NCBI GenBank assembly: GCA_951406725.2
Contig: OX597820.1
Coordinates: forward strand, 20,336,001-20,400,000
DNA length: 64,000 bases
Origin: Octopus vulgaris
Taxonomy: Eukaryota
Reading direction: 5' to 3'
Shown here: positions 12,395 through 24,631 of the stretch, one piece after another
How the letters are laid out: each line of letters starts with the position of its first letter
How positions within the stretch are numbered: position 1 is the stretch's first letter
Notes under the pieces: generated by a model
Seen by the model: only the letters and a program-made list of their open reading frames with translations
Told to the model about the DNA's origin: nothing
Database searches by the model: none
Program-made: the position numbers and the translations under genes

Positions 12395-12825
12395 TTAACT
12401 CCCTTTGGAGCATCGGTCATAGTCGAATTTTCCTTACTGTTATTGACTCTAGATAGCCTTTTCTGCTTCTCTTCAGCTGGATTCCTACTTTTCCATCTCC
12501 ACCTCAGTATTCTATCTCCAGCCATTTTTAAGGCGTCCTTTCTTCCGCTTTACTTATGGGGCCCAGGTCAAAACTTGACGTGTAATGCATGTGTTTCCCT
12601 AAGAGGAAAACCTTCCTCTCCCAAGTCTTGTTCGCTTTGAATTGTCACCTATGTCTCTGTATCTTTGCTTCATTCTAGGAAGGGTTACGAGCCCTATTCA
12701 AACCTATTTCTACCTCCGGGAAGAGGCCTGGCTTCTATCCTTTGGACTGTCCAGCATAGGAAGCCCTACCAAGAGCTTGTACTCTGCTGGCATAGCTTTC
12801 AGCATCATTAAGGTAAAAAGATAAA
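12395..12825 (-). mobile_element. Decayed bipartite RTE-derived element (5' UTR-like part plus ORF C-terminus)
   Basis: Minus-strand translation VLTWAP*VKRKKGRLKNGWR*NTEVEME...EAEKA resembles the RTE C-terminal WxPxGKRxxGRPKxTW motif. Upstream gaaagctatgccagcaga...ggtagggcttcctatgctggacag resembles RTE 5' UTRs. Confidence 0.55.
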
Positions 12826-12834
12826 GTTATGTTC

Positions 12835-13072
12835 TTGAGTCATACCGACTCATAAGGTCCGGTTTCCCGCTTCCGGTTTCCATGGCGTATATTTTCCCCA
12901 CATGGACCGGATACCAGTCCGTCGCAAGATTACTCATTTTTGTCAGCTTAGTGGACTGGACCAACGTGAAATGAAGTGTTTCGCTCACATTTCGTCACCT
13001 GGTCCTGGAATCGAAACCACAATCTTACGATCATGAGTCCAACACCCTAAGCACTTAGCCACACGCTTCCAC
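12835..13072 (-). mobile_element. tRNA-derived SINE (family H)
   Basis: Minus-strand head gtggaagcgtgtggctaagtgcttaggg...ggtttcgattcca. Body cacttcatttcacgttggtccagtccact and a V-domain-like ttgcgacggactggtatccggtcca. Confidence 0.7.
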
Positions 13073-13853
13073 AATCATTTACGCACACAAGCTACCATAC
13101 TGCAACAATGACTGGACCTTGTAGTGGCCTTTAGTCTTCTCTGTCGATAAAATAAGAACCAGTGAATTACTGATGTCGATTTAATGGAATTTTCTATCTC
13201 TATAGATTTGAGGCCTTGCGCGAATGTTTGCAATCGATGGTCAGATACAAACGAATTGACTGGCATCAAACGAGTTTCAAAGCTTAGAAAACTGCTAGCT
13301 GTTTCAATGTTCGTCCTCTGAGAGCAAAATCTCCTTTATGCAGTTTAGCTAATAAAACAATTTAATCATAAAGAAGCAAAGGAACAAAAAGATAAAAAAA
13401 TGGAGGGGGGTGGAATTAAGAAGTAGGAGATGGAGGGGGAGGGAGCAACGGGTTACACACCCCAGAACAAATGGTGTGTTCAGCCACGCCTCGCAGTCAG
13501 GATAGCGTTACCGCGGAGAATGGTCAACGACACACGCTGCAGCAACCATTCTACCCCGTGGAGCTAATTTCTCAGGCGGGCTGCCGTTATTCCGATTTTG
13601 CAGTAGTGTTGGATTCGAGAAAACCTGAAATCTCGACGGCGGGCGGTGCAAACATCAACGGCCGGTCAGGCCTGCATCTATTAACGAAGAATAAATCCTG
13701 TTACGTATTGAAAGTAAACTGAATATCGTAAAGATAGGCGCAGACGTGGATGTATGGTAAGAAGTTTGCTTCCCAACCACACGGTTCCAGGTTCAGTCCC
13801 ACTACCTGGCGTCACGTGCAAGTGTCTTCTTTTATAACTTCGAGCCAACCAAA

Positions 13854-13933
<80 letters not shown>

Positions 13934-13934
<1 letters not shown>

Positions 13935-14103
13935 GCGCAGGAGTGGCTGTGTGGTAAGTAGCTTGCTTACCAACCACATGGTTCCGGGTTCGGTTCCACT
14001 GCGTGGCACTTTAGGCAAGTGTCTGCTACTATAGCCTCGGGGTCGACCAAAACCTTGTGAGTGGATTTGGATTTGGTAGGTGGAAACTGAAAGAAGCCCG
14101 TCG

Positions 14104-14136
<33 letters not shown>

Positions 14137-14318
14137 TTGTCTCTTTATGTTTGTCTCCCCAACATTGCTTGACAACCGATGGTGTGTTTACGTTCGGCAG
14201 AAGAGACCGTTAGAATAAGTACTTGGCTTACAAAGAATAAGTCCAGGGGTCGATTTGTTCGACTAAAGGCGGTGCTTCAGCATGGCCGCAGTCAAATGAC
14301 TGAAACAAATAAAAGAAT
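13934..14318 (+). mobile_element. Family A SINE (tRNA head, CORE-like domain, internal microsatellite), near full length
   Basis: ggcgcaggagtggctgtgtggtaag (A box), gggttcggttcc (B box), CORE-like ttaggcaagtgtc, (TA)n, 3' end gcagtcaaatgactgaaac. An extra 5' fragment lies at 13737-13855 and a duplicated 3' piece at 14325-14465. Resembles the octopus OR2-type CORE-SINE (recollection). Confidence 0.9.
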
Positions 14319-14479
14319 ATATACCCCAGCACCGCTTGACAATTGGCGTTGGTGCGTTTAGCTCCGCGTAACATAGCGGTTCGGCAAAAGAGACCGATAG
14401 AATAAAGGCGGTGCTCCAGCATGGCCACAGTCAACTGACTGAAACAAGTAAAAGAGTAAAAGAGCAAAATTTATGTCTG

Positions 14480-14604
14480 TGTAAGATACAATCACACCAT
14501 TATGTGCCTGGTGTACCCTTATCAGACGGGTTGTCATGATGGGTATACTGGGCTTCGTACATTTTACCCGTATCACTTTGATGGCATGCACTGCTCTCTC
14601 ACTC

Positions 14605-14605
<1 letters not shown>
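14480..14605 (+). mobile_element. 3' end of a (TAA)n-tailed repeat (family F)
   Basis: tgtgcctggtgtacccttatcagacggg...ctgctctctcactc then (AAT)n. Same sequence at 53230-53432 and 55236-55430. Confidence 0.8.
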
Positions 14606-14655
<50 letters not shown>

Positions 14656-14848
14656 TATTATTATTATTATCATTATTATTATTATAACGACAACAACAAC
14701 TTAATTTTTAAAAATCGTGCCTTATATCCCCGAAAACGTATATCTGCAAAACTTTATTGAAAAAATGAATTTTTCAGAAAGTTTTTGAGGAAGCAAAATC
14801 AGTGGACCGCTAAACTCGAGTTGAATGAAGGCTAAACAAACCACCACC

Positions 14849-14925
<77 letters not shown>

Positions 14926-15477
14926 ATTGAGTATTCTATGTTTTCGATCAATACTGAAGCAGAGCCTAAGTAGCTTCATTATTGCTTAGAACCGCCGGGG
15001 TCTAAGCAGTTTTGACCAGTGCCACAGTATCCGGTCTCTCCTCTCAGCTCTAGCCATACGCTACCTTACCCCTATCTTATGACGAGAGTCTCCATCTCCA
15101 ACTTTTATTTCTACGACATCCTTCAGCGACCGTCAGTTCTCATTAATTTTCCCAGCTGGAAATTTGTAGCCGGAAAATTATAGTTATGAAGATGAGTCTG
15201 AAAGTAATGCGATTTTTTTCTTTGCTGCATTAGTTTCTGATTCAATTTTGTCCCTTGCAAGTTTATAAGTAAATTTGATACTGAGGAGGAAAAAAAAAGT
15301 TGAAACGTTACTTGCTAAACTATTCGACAGATAAGAATAGCATCACAGAAGCCTCTCACCCACTCATGTTCTATATCTTTCTTTGTTTCAGGGGCGACCT
15401 CCCCTACTCTCTTTATCACGAAATTTTCGTTTTGCTTTTTAATTGGATGAATATGTAATGGTAAAAATATGTCAGAA

Positions 15478-15634
15478 ATAGGTGTGACTGTGTAGTAAGA
15501 AGCCTACTTCCCAATCACATGGTTCTGGGTTCAGTCCCACTGCGTGACATCTTCGGCAAGTGTCTCCTACTATAGCCCCGGGCCAACGAAAGCCTTGTGA
15601 GTGGATTTACGAGACGGAAACTGAAATAAGCTCA

Positions 15635-15676
<42 letters not shown>

Positions 15677-15805
15677 GTGGGTATGTGTTTGTTCCCCATC
15701 ACCGCTTAACAACCAGTGTTTGTTTGTAAACGTTCCCGTTACTTAGTGGTTTTAAAAAGTACTGAAGTAGGTTTGGTAGACGGAAATTCGAAAAAACTCG
15801 TCGAA
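15478..15805 (+). mobile_element. Family A SINE, rearranged/decayed
   Basis: 5' half 15478-15640, a (CA)n run, a partial 3' half and a duplicated ggtagacggaaa segment. Confidence 0.7.
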
Positions 15806-15835
15806 TATACATACATACATACATACATACATACA

Positions 15836-15896
<61 letters not shown>

Positions 15897-15929
15897 CCAT
15901 GTTGGATCGCTAAATTCTACAAGTTTTAT

Positions 15930-16090
15930 CATTCTCTCTCTGTTTATTTTCTCTTATTCCTTATTGTTGAAGAGCGTAGTAGGCTCGAAACGTAAAAGAC
16001 TTTTTCATTTCTTCTGAGCGTCAAATTAAAACACTTGCTTGTTGTTCATGCACCTGTCTTCGTCTTTTGATTTTCTATAAATTTCTAGTG
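15930..16090 (+). mobile_element. Short hammerhead-like element, family P2
   Basis: TTGTTGA-A-GAGCgtagtagGCTC-GAAACGTA-AAAGA...ctgagcgtc. Homologous to 36368-36584 (-). Lies between (TA)n runs. Confidence 0.6.
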
Positions 16091-16113
16091 TATATATATG
16101 TATATATATATAA

Positions 16114-16570
16114 TCATCTTTCTTTTCTTCACATGATCACCTTTGTTTTCCTTCAGGGCTGTCGTAAAGACTGCACGTATCTTATCTCTCTCTCTCATCT
16201 ATCTTTTCTCTTGTCAAAGAAAATATTTCCCCAATGTTCGCTATTTTACCTTCGTCTGGTCTAACGACCCTTCGTGTTTGTTTTCGTTCGGTTTCCTTGT
16301 ATGTCTTCACTGTCCTGTTTTTGTCACCAACTTTGACCCTACATAAATCCCAAATTTTATTTTGGCTTTTGTGGAAGCAACTGCCTTTGAAGACTCATAT
16401 TGTCGTTCAATGCTCGAAATGAGGAGTAGATAGACAGCTGACAACTGATGAAGGGTCGTTCTTTATGTTACTTGTCCTGTTTTCCATTTGTTTCTCTTGT
16501 TGTTTGCATATTCATCTCTTTTGTTTTTGTATTTCATGTTATTTACGGTTTGTCACGACCTGTACACATA
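16114..16570 (+). mobile_element. Interspersed repeat family P3 (Penelope-like terminal region?)
   Basis: gaagactcatattgtcgttcaatgctcgaaatgag...gacaactgatgaaggg is shared with 47160-47350 (-). The 3' end cctgtacacatatatgcat resembles 31870-32050. Confidence 0.55.
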
Positions 16571-16572
16571 TA

Positions 16573-16619
<47 letters not shown>

Positions 16620-16674
16620 TATATTATTATTTGTTTGAACGCCACGCATCCATTTCCAAGTCAGTTTATCTATA

Positions 16675-16707
<33 letters not shown>

Positions 16708-17001
16708 CTGTGTGTCTGTGTTTTGTCTCCCATTGTCAGTTTAAAAACGGTGTTGGCCACTTTCCAAAAGTTGAAACAAAAATAAATATATAAAATTTAA
16801 TGCAATGAATAATTATATAAAAACAAAAGATATAATATAAAAATAAATCACGGCCGTTACGCACGAGTGAATATGGCTTGATAACATGTGTCATGCTTTC
16901 ACTAATTGTTTTAGGTGCTTGTGTAATCGGGAGTGGAATTAGATACAGTCTCAGAACTCTCAGGTTTGAACAAACGGGACATAACAGATATGACAGCTTG
17001 A

Positions 17002-17172
<171 letters not shown>

Positions 17173-17553
17173 CAGCACCTGCCTCCGACTGGCATCCATT
17201 TATAGCTGATTAAACTGGAGCAACGGCAAATGTATTGCTTTCCCCAAGGACACAACGCGTCGTCCGATTCAGAAATCGAACTCACAATTTTATGATTGGA
17301 AGAACAACATTATCACCATTTGGCCATGTATGTATGTCTGCCTGTCTGTCTGTCTGTATGTATGTATGTATGTGTAGATTAGTATGTTTTAGTCTATGTA
17401 TGTATTTTCATGCATATAACTACATGTCTAGACCAGCTCATATAGCCTTAAATGATAAACTTCTGGAAAGTTTCACAGATTTTTACAGTTCCAATGATGG
17501 CTTGGATTTGTAGTCTTTGAATCAGCTGTCTCCTTTCTGTCTGTCTGCCTGCC

Positions 17554-17584
<31 letters not shown>

Positions 17585-17924
17585 ATATTTTATGTATGTA
17601 TGTATGTATGTATGTATGTATGTATGTATGTATGTATATGCGGGTGATGTTCACCGTTTTGAATTGCGAATGCTCAACCAGATACAAATATTCGATAGAG
17701 AAAGACAGAGAGAAGGTAGGAGAGAAAGGAGGGGAGAGAGGGAAAGGGAGATAGAGAACGGATGAGAGAGCAAGAGAAAGGAAGAGACAGGTGGAGAGTT
17801 GAATACACAGGTGGAAACTTGCCCAAGATTAACAGAACGACCTGAATGCTAAATGTCGTCTTCGGATTTATGAGTAAAGCATGAATGGGTGTGTATGTGT
17901 ATGTGTATGTGTGTGTGTGAGTGG

Positions 17925-17976
<52 letters not shown>

Positions 17977-18004
17977 GAGAGAGCGAGTGAGAGTGAGAGC
18001 AAGA

Positions 18005-18250
18005 CATTTTACTTGTTTCTGTACTGAGGTGCCGCTTTGAAAAGTGTGGTCGAAGAAATCAGCTTGAGTACTTCTATTTTCTTTTAATATTTGGTGCATA
18101 TCAAATCGTTCTCTTTTGCCGAACTGATAAGCTACGAGGACGTAAGCAAACCAATACCGGTTGTTACACGGTGGTGCAGGACCTACAGACACAAAGACAC
18201 ACGAACACACACACACACGCACACACGCATACACAAACATACATACACGC
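18005..18250 (-). mobile_element. Family A SINE, decayed 3' half
   Basis: ttttacttgtttc...ctcttttgccgaactg...accggttgtt followed by (CA)n. Confidence 0.6.
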
Positions 18251-18361
18251 GCGCATATAGACAGAGGAACAAGTCAACAACACCAAGAAAATGTTGAAAA
18301 CGTGTTATATATTTTTACGCACATGCTTTGGGGTTTGGATAAATCAAACTTTATATTTAAA

Positions 18362-18758
18362 CTAGCAGTATCGCCCGGCGTTGCTCGGGTTTGTAAGGGA
18401 AATAACTATATAAGCATTTTTAGAGAGTTATAGCCAAAAAACAGCAAAAAAAATGCATTAAAAATGGAAAAAAAATGATGGTAATTTTTTTAAAAAATCG
18501 TTGATTCATCGTAGACATTTTTAGAGAGTTACTTCCCTTATATAATAGCGAAAAAATGCATTAAAATGGAAAAAATGATGGTAAATTTTTTTTAAATCGT
18601 AGACTCATCGTAGACGCGCGCTAATACCCAGAAGGGCTCGATATGAATCACGACTATAAGATACCCGCTTTTGGTTACACTGCACGGCAAAATGTGGGAG
18701 TAGTTAGGAATCTAAATCGTAGGAGACAGACATACAACTTCACTTTTATATATAAAGA
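18362..18758 (-). mobile_element. Non-autonomous Helitron (same family as 51268-51662)
   Basis: 5' TCTTTATATATAAAAG, 3' hairpin plus CTAG, A/T insertion site, internal tandem duplication of about 100 bp. Confidence 0.92.
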
Positions 18759-18992
18759 TATAAAGGGTAAAGAGTTTTATTCTATCCATTTATATAAATG
18801 AAAATAAAAATACGAAATATGCGTTTTCATATAAGAAATGATTTCGTACTAAAAATATATTGAGATAAAAGACAATTTATTGCTTAATCTTACGTAATCT
18901 TGCATGTCATCTTGTATAACGCAATATGTTAATAGTAATAGATTTTGGCATCGAAACATGCGTTGTAGTACCCGAATTATCCATCCATTTCA

Positions 18993-19072
<80 letters not shown>

Positions 19073-19206
19073 ATAGAAGTTTTGCATGTTATTGCGTATC
19101 TTAACCCGTCGGTAACGCTCTCACGTGATTAGTTGTAGGGAAAGACAGGAGAAAGAGAATGGAGAGAGAAAAGGAAGATAAGGCGAAGAGTGAGGCAGAC
19201 AGAGGG

Positions 19207-19260
<54 letters not shown>

Positions 19261-20546
19261 AGAGGGAGATGATGGTGATGGTGGTGGTGGTGGTGGCGAT
19301 GAAGGTGATGGCGGTGGTTACTGGACAGTGAAAAATGTATTTTTGTCAATTGAACTGAATTTTTTTTATCTCATCTATCTCTTAATGCATGCGCAAAAGT
19401 GCAATTCTGTGAAACATTCAGTCTTATTTACGTGACAGATGATATATGCACCTTCAAATTTCACTAAAGGTTGTATAACATGTACGGAATACTTTTTGTT
19501 TTGTCTATGGGGAAAATGGAAAAGTAAGAGGTAAGAGTAAATATTTATAAATGGAAAAGTAAGGGTAAATATTTATAAAATTGAGCATAAAGTATATAAA
19601 GCGTATACATGAAGTGCATTAAGTAATCATCGCATTCCAATTTCCTTCACTTTTCAAAGAATAGCAGATGAGCGACTATCTATTGATACAGACATAACAC
19701 AGGCTACACTTTCAGGTTTTTTGGATAAAGTTTTCAGAAATAACCTCATAGGTTTACTATTAGTTCCGTGAAATATTCACGGGTCCCGTTAGTTAATTTT
19801 AATTCAGTATTCATCACTACTGCCCGACGAACGTGAAACTCTGAGTATCAGTTTTGTCAAGAATTTGCTGCTTTAATGAAAGTTTATAGCAGATGAACAT
19901 TCACTTGCAATATTCACTTTGGAGATAAAACACCATCCAGTCTGGCGTATAGGCGTCAATATGAGGCATGCTTGAGTGCAAAAAATTTAAGGTTATTTAT
20001 GAAGTCCGATTCCACTTGAAGTTGTATATATATTGTGTTACGATTCGTTAACAATGAATTATCCTTATTGAGAAGAAACAGTCAAAAGGAATCAACACAT
20101 ACAATCACTGAACATCTCCACTACTTAACACCGTCCAAGTTAACCCTCTTCACCTTTACAGCTGACATGAAAAACTACGAGGAAAAGGCAACCATCTTAA
20201 TTAAGCAAAAAAGAGAAAAAATTGATTGCTATTAAAACGCGTAAAATTTTGGGTTTAATAATCTAAATCTTTAATTACAGTTTCTCATTTAAACTACATA
20301 ACAGGTAGAATTGTCGGATTCTTTGTAATATAATCTCCATAAGGTTTTACAGCTACATAAAATTAATCAACCAATGTTCAGTATTTCTTCATTAAACAAG
20401 CTGAAAAGATCAACATTATTAGATCAGTTATTATTAAATCACAATTCACTCACTTCTATACAATAATTTTATAGCTTCTAAATTGCTGACATGTTTCATC
20501 CCAAGTCTTTCATTTTGAGTTATGTCGTTGAAACACTCTTATACAC

Positions 20547-20552
<6 letters not shown>

Positions 20553-20645
<93 letters not shown>

Positions 20646-20651
20646 TACGTA

Positions 20652-20697
<46 letters not shown>

Positions 20698-20870
20698 TAT
20701 ATTCATACATATATAAATGTGTGTGTGTATATATATATATACATATACATATATATATATACATATATAAATGTATATATACACATATATATACATATAT
20801 ATATACATATATGTATACATACACACACATATATATATGTATACATTCACATATATATACATACATATGC

Positions 20871-20901
<31 letters not shown>

Positions 20902-20965
20902 GAAACATACATTATATATATATATGCATACATACACATATATATTCATACATATATATACATGC
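20553..20965. repeat. (TA)n/(TACA)n low-complexity array
   Basis: Alternating purine-pyrimidine array. Source of the YI-repeat ORFs. Confidence 0.95.
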
Positions 20966-21761
20966 ATACGAATATAACTACCTGGTTTCCATAGTGTATA
21001 TAAGTATTTATGATTACAACATTCCGTTGCGGGGATTCGAGGCCAGAAATTTGGAGGAAAGGAGACAAACTGATTATTTTATCAACCCCGAAAGTGACGA
21101 AAAACGAAGTTGACCGCGGTAGGTTTTGAACTCAGAACGTAAAGATCCGGAGGAAGTGTGTGGGTGTTTTAACTTTGTGCCTGTGGTTGTCCCCTCGCCA
21201 CCACTTGACAACTGATTTTGGCTTGTTTACGGCGCCGTGAAATAGCGGTTCGACAAAAAGAGACCGATAATATACGTACTAGGTACTGTGGTTGATTTAT
21301 TCGACTAAAAGTCCTTCACGGCATTGCTCTATTGTGGTCGCAGTGCAATGATCGAAACAAGTAAACGGTAAAAGTTAAACATTATTCGGCAAATTCCGTT
21401 TATGATGTTTCAGAAAGACGAGTTGGTGAAAATTTTGAAATACGGAATCGTTAAAACATCATGGACTAAAACAAATTCAAACTTTTTCCCTTTCGATCAC
21501 TTCCGTAATGCACTCTTTGAAAATAAAGAAATTCACAAAACGAACTTGGAAGTAATCCAAAAGGTTTTAGAGGCGCGAGAGATGTTCAGGCGTTAATAGG
21601 TGCAGTATTGAACATAGATCATAAAATTCTACGATCTAAACTAATTTGTAAAGGGAAGACTTGGCGTGAAGCTTTAATTCATTGGCGGATGCTACTAACT
21701 AAATAGGATTTCCTTAAGTACAAAGTTTACCAATTTTCACGGAATACCGCTTTGGCGAAGC

Positions 21762-21803
<42 letters not shown>

Positions 21804-22254
21804 CACACACACACGCACACATACACACACATACACCCACACACCCACAAATATATGAATATATGTATGCCACAACGATAAAAGTTCAATGGACGTTGAC
21901 AGAGAATATTATCAGTTTGACGTTCGAAAATACGAGTTAAGAGTAAAGGTATGACGTTTCGGAAATAGCACTTCGTCAAATCTACAGAAAAAAAAAACAC
22001 TAGAGAAGAGAAGGAAGAAGGAAAAAGAGATTGGAACAGAGAGCCAGGAACAAAAAGCAAAAAAGAATACGATCGTGCCTAACTCGCACATGGAGAGACA
22101 GACAGACTAACACATAGATAAAATGATAGGCAGGCAGGCTGACAGTCAGACAGAAAAATGGCTAGATAGATGGTAAGACGGAGGAGATACATTGATAGAC
22201 CAACAGAGTGGATGATAGACAGAAAAACAGAAAAAAACACACAAGCAAACAGAT

Positions 22255-22294
22255 TGATAAGATAAATAGATAGATATGTAGATAGATAGATAAA

Positions 22295-22356
<62 letters not shown>

Positions 22357-22557
22357 TTGATGGCTAGATCGATGGATAGGTAGATAGATAGACAGTTAGA
22401 TAAGTAGATAGATAGACAGTTAGATAGGTAGATAGACAGATAGATAGATAGATAGATAAATAATTGCACAGATATATATATATATATATAAAGAGAGAAC
22501 GATGGCTAGAGCAATGGATAGATAGATAGATAAATAGATAGACAGCTAGACATAAGA

Positions 22558-22625
<68 letters not shown>

Positions 22626-22875
22626 GGACATATAGAAAAACTGAGAGATGTATCTGCATAGAGACATAGACAGACAGACAGATAAATATATTTAAAATTA
22701 GGTAGGTAGGTTTTACTAATATGATACATATATTTACATGTATATGTATGTATATATGTGTGAGTATTTTATACATATATATATATATATACATACATAT
22801 ATACGCATATACACACGCATGTTCACACATTACACACAGGTACGCACATATACAAACACACACACACACACACGC

Positions 22876-22910
<35 letters not shown>

Positions 22911-22932
22911 TCTATATACATACAATACAGAT

Positions 22933-22995
<63 letters not shown>

Positions 22996-22998
22996 CAA
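22255..22998. repeat. Compound microsatellite (GATA, TA, GA, CA)
   Basis: Adjacent simple-repeat runs. Confidence 0.9.
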
Positions 22999-23290
22999 AA
23001 GACAAGGCGCAAATAGTGGTAATTACATATCTTTATTTATTGTAGTAAATTCGACTTACAGCAGTTTCCTGTAGCTATTACAGGTGCGTTTTAATCACTA
23101 CTGGAAACAGCTGTAAGTCAGATTTTCTCTAATATGTAATAACCATTATTTATACCTTGTCTTGTATATAACTCAGCATAAAAGCCAGTTTAACTGGTAT
23201 ACAATATAAAATAGTGATGGATAATAGCTTCGGACTCTGCCACAAGAATACGCGGTGATTTTTTAATAATTTAAAACCACATATTATTAG

Positions 23291-23425
23291 TTTACATTAT
23301 TTACATTCGACAGATATTTGTCCTCATCTTGTTTGTTGTTAACACAATGTTTCGCCTGATATACCCTCCAGCCTTCGTCTTGGGAAATTTCGAACCTGGG
23401 TTCTCATTTCTAATGTATTTTTCGA

Positions 23426-23486
<61 letters not shown>

Positions 23487-23831
23487 TTCAGTAGTTTTAT
23501 TTTTATAGCGTGCTTTCACTTCACTACCGAGCGCAGCTCTGTGTGCCTTGGGTATGTGCTGTGATTTGTTGTGATGCTCTGATGGTTATTGTATGGAAAG
23601 TGTTCTGCGTAGGATGTGTGCAGTACCTAGTAGTGCAATTTTCTGTATGTTATATGTGTTTGTAAGTCCTGGTGTTTTTGTTATGTATTTGCCTGAATAT
23701 TTTTTATCATGCCTAATGCACCTACTATGATAGGAATTGTTTCTGTTTTTAGATTCCACATTCTGGTTACCTCTATTTCCAGGTCTTGGTATTTTGAAAG
23801 TTTCTCCATTTCTTTTAGAGACACATTGATA

Positions 23832-23868
<37 letters not shown>

Positions 23869-23911
23869 GTTCAGGTCACTGCTTGGAATCGAACTCGGAA
23901 TCTTGGGATTA
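23291..23911 (-). mobile_element. Antisense, 5'-truncated copy of the tRNA-plus-hammerhead element, interrupted by an R4/Dong fragment
   Basis: 23866-23911 is antisense to the 3' half of the tRNA head. 23291-23430 is antisense to the hammerhead tail with a 7-nt deletion (acctgaa) through the core. Confidence 0.8.
23487..23833 (-). mobile_element. R4/Dong-clade non-LTR retrotransposon, 3' fragment in (TAA)n
   Basis: Encodes ...KYITKTPGLTNTYNIQKIALLGTAHILRRTLSIQ*. Nearly identical to about 55790-56153. (TTA)n on both sides. Confidence 0.85.
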
Positions 23912-23912
23912 C

Positions 23913-23996
23913 GAGCATATGGCGTAGTGGTTTAGAGTGCGGGCTACTAACGCCAAGATTCCGAGTTCGATTCCAAGCAATGACCTGAACAACAGC

Positions 23997-24035
<39 letters not shown>

Positions 24036-24212
24036 AATAATAACATCGAAAAATATTCGTTAGGAATGAGAACCCAGGTTCGAAATTTCCCCAAGACACC
24101 TGAAGAAGGCTGGAGGGTATATCAGCCGAAATGTTGTGTTAACAACAAACAAGACGAGGACAAATATCCATTAAATGTAAATAGCATAAATAATGTGAAC
24201 AATGTGAATAAA
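23913..24212 (+). mobile_element. tRNA-Ile-like Pol III head + (AAC/AAT)n + minimal hammerhead ribozyme (SINE/retrozyme-like element)
   Basis: A box TGGCGTAGTGG 23920-30, B box GTTCGATTCC 23965-74, ctactaacgccaag resembling tRNA-Ile(AAU) ctaataacgccaag, hammerhead at 24095-24140, (aatgtaaat)-like tail repeats. Confidence 0.8.
24095..24140 (+). ncRNA. Minimal type I hammerhead ribozyme motif
   Basis: GACAC-CTGAAGA-A-GGCTG(gagggtatat)CAGCC-GAAATGTT-GTGTT. The antisense copy reads GAAACATT, so the ancestral sequence is inferred as GAAACGTT (CpG decay on opposite strands). Confidence 0.7.
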
Positions 24213-24393
24213 TATTAGCTTGGTGTACCGCGGAGAGCTTATTTTGCTCACGACTTATAAATGCAACTTTATTACATAATGTTGTAATTTATTGAGTATA
24301 AATTGAAACAATTCTTGAAATGATTATCAATATGTTAATAATTTAATCATCAACCATTAACTCTCCATTTTCCTCTCTTTATATATACATATA

Positions 24394-24555
24394 GGCACAG
24401 GAGTGGCTGTGTGGTAAGTAGCTTGCTTACCAACCACATGGTTCCGGGTTCAGTCCCACTGCGTGGCACCTTGGGCAAGTGTCTTCTACTATAGCCTCAG
24501 GTCGACCAAAGCCTTGTGAGTGGATTTGGTAGACGGAAACTGAAAGAAGTCTGTC

Positions 24556-24631
<76 letters not shown>

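Noticed and set aside
19600-20350. Possible decayed recombinase or Penelope ORF
   Set aside because: No convincing motif in any frame.
21889-21950. Short ATG-initiated frame MDVDREYYQFDVRKYELRVK ending at a GT donor
   Set aside because: Twenty codons with no homology or downstream exon. Expected by chance in 64 kb.
23913-23985. Functional tRNA genes (also heads at 11850-11919 and 59360-59428)
   Set aside because: No acceptor stem or terminator, and each continues into a repeat body, so these are SINE heads.
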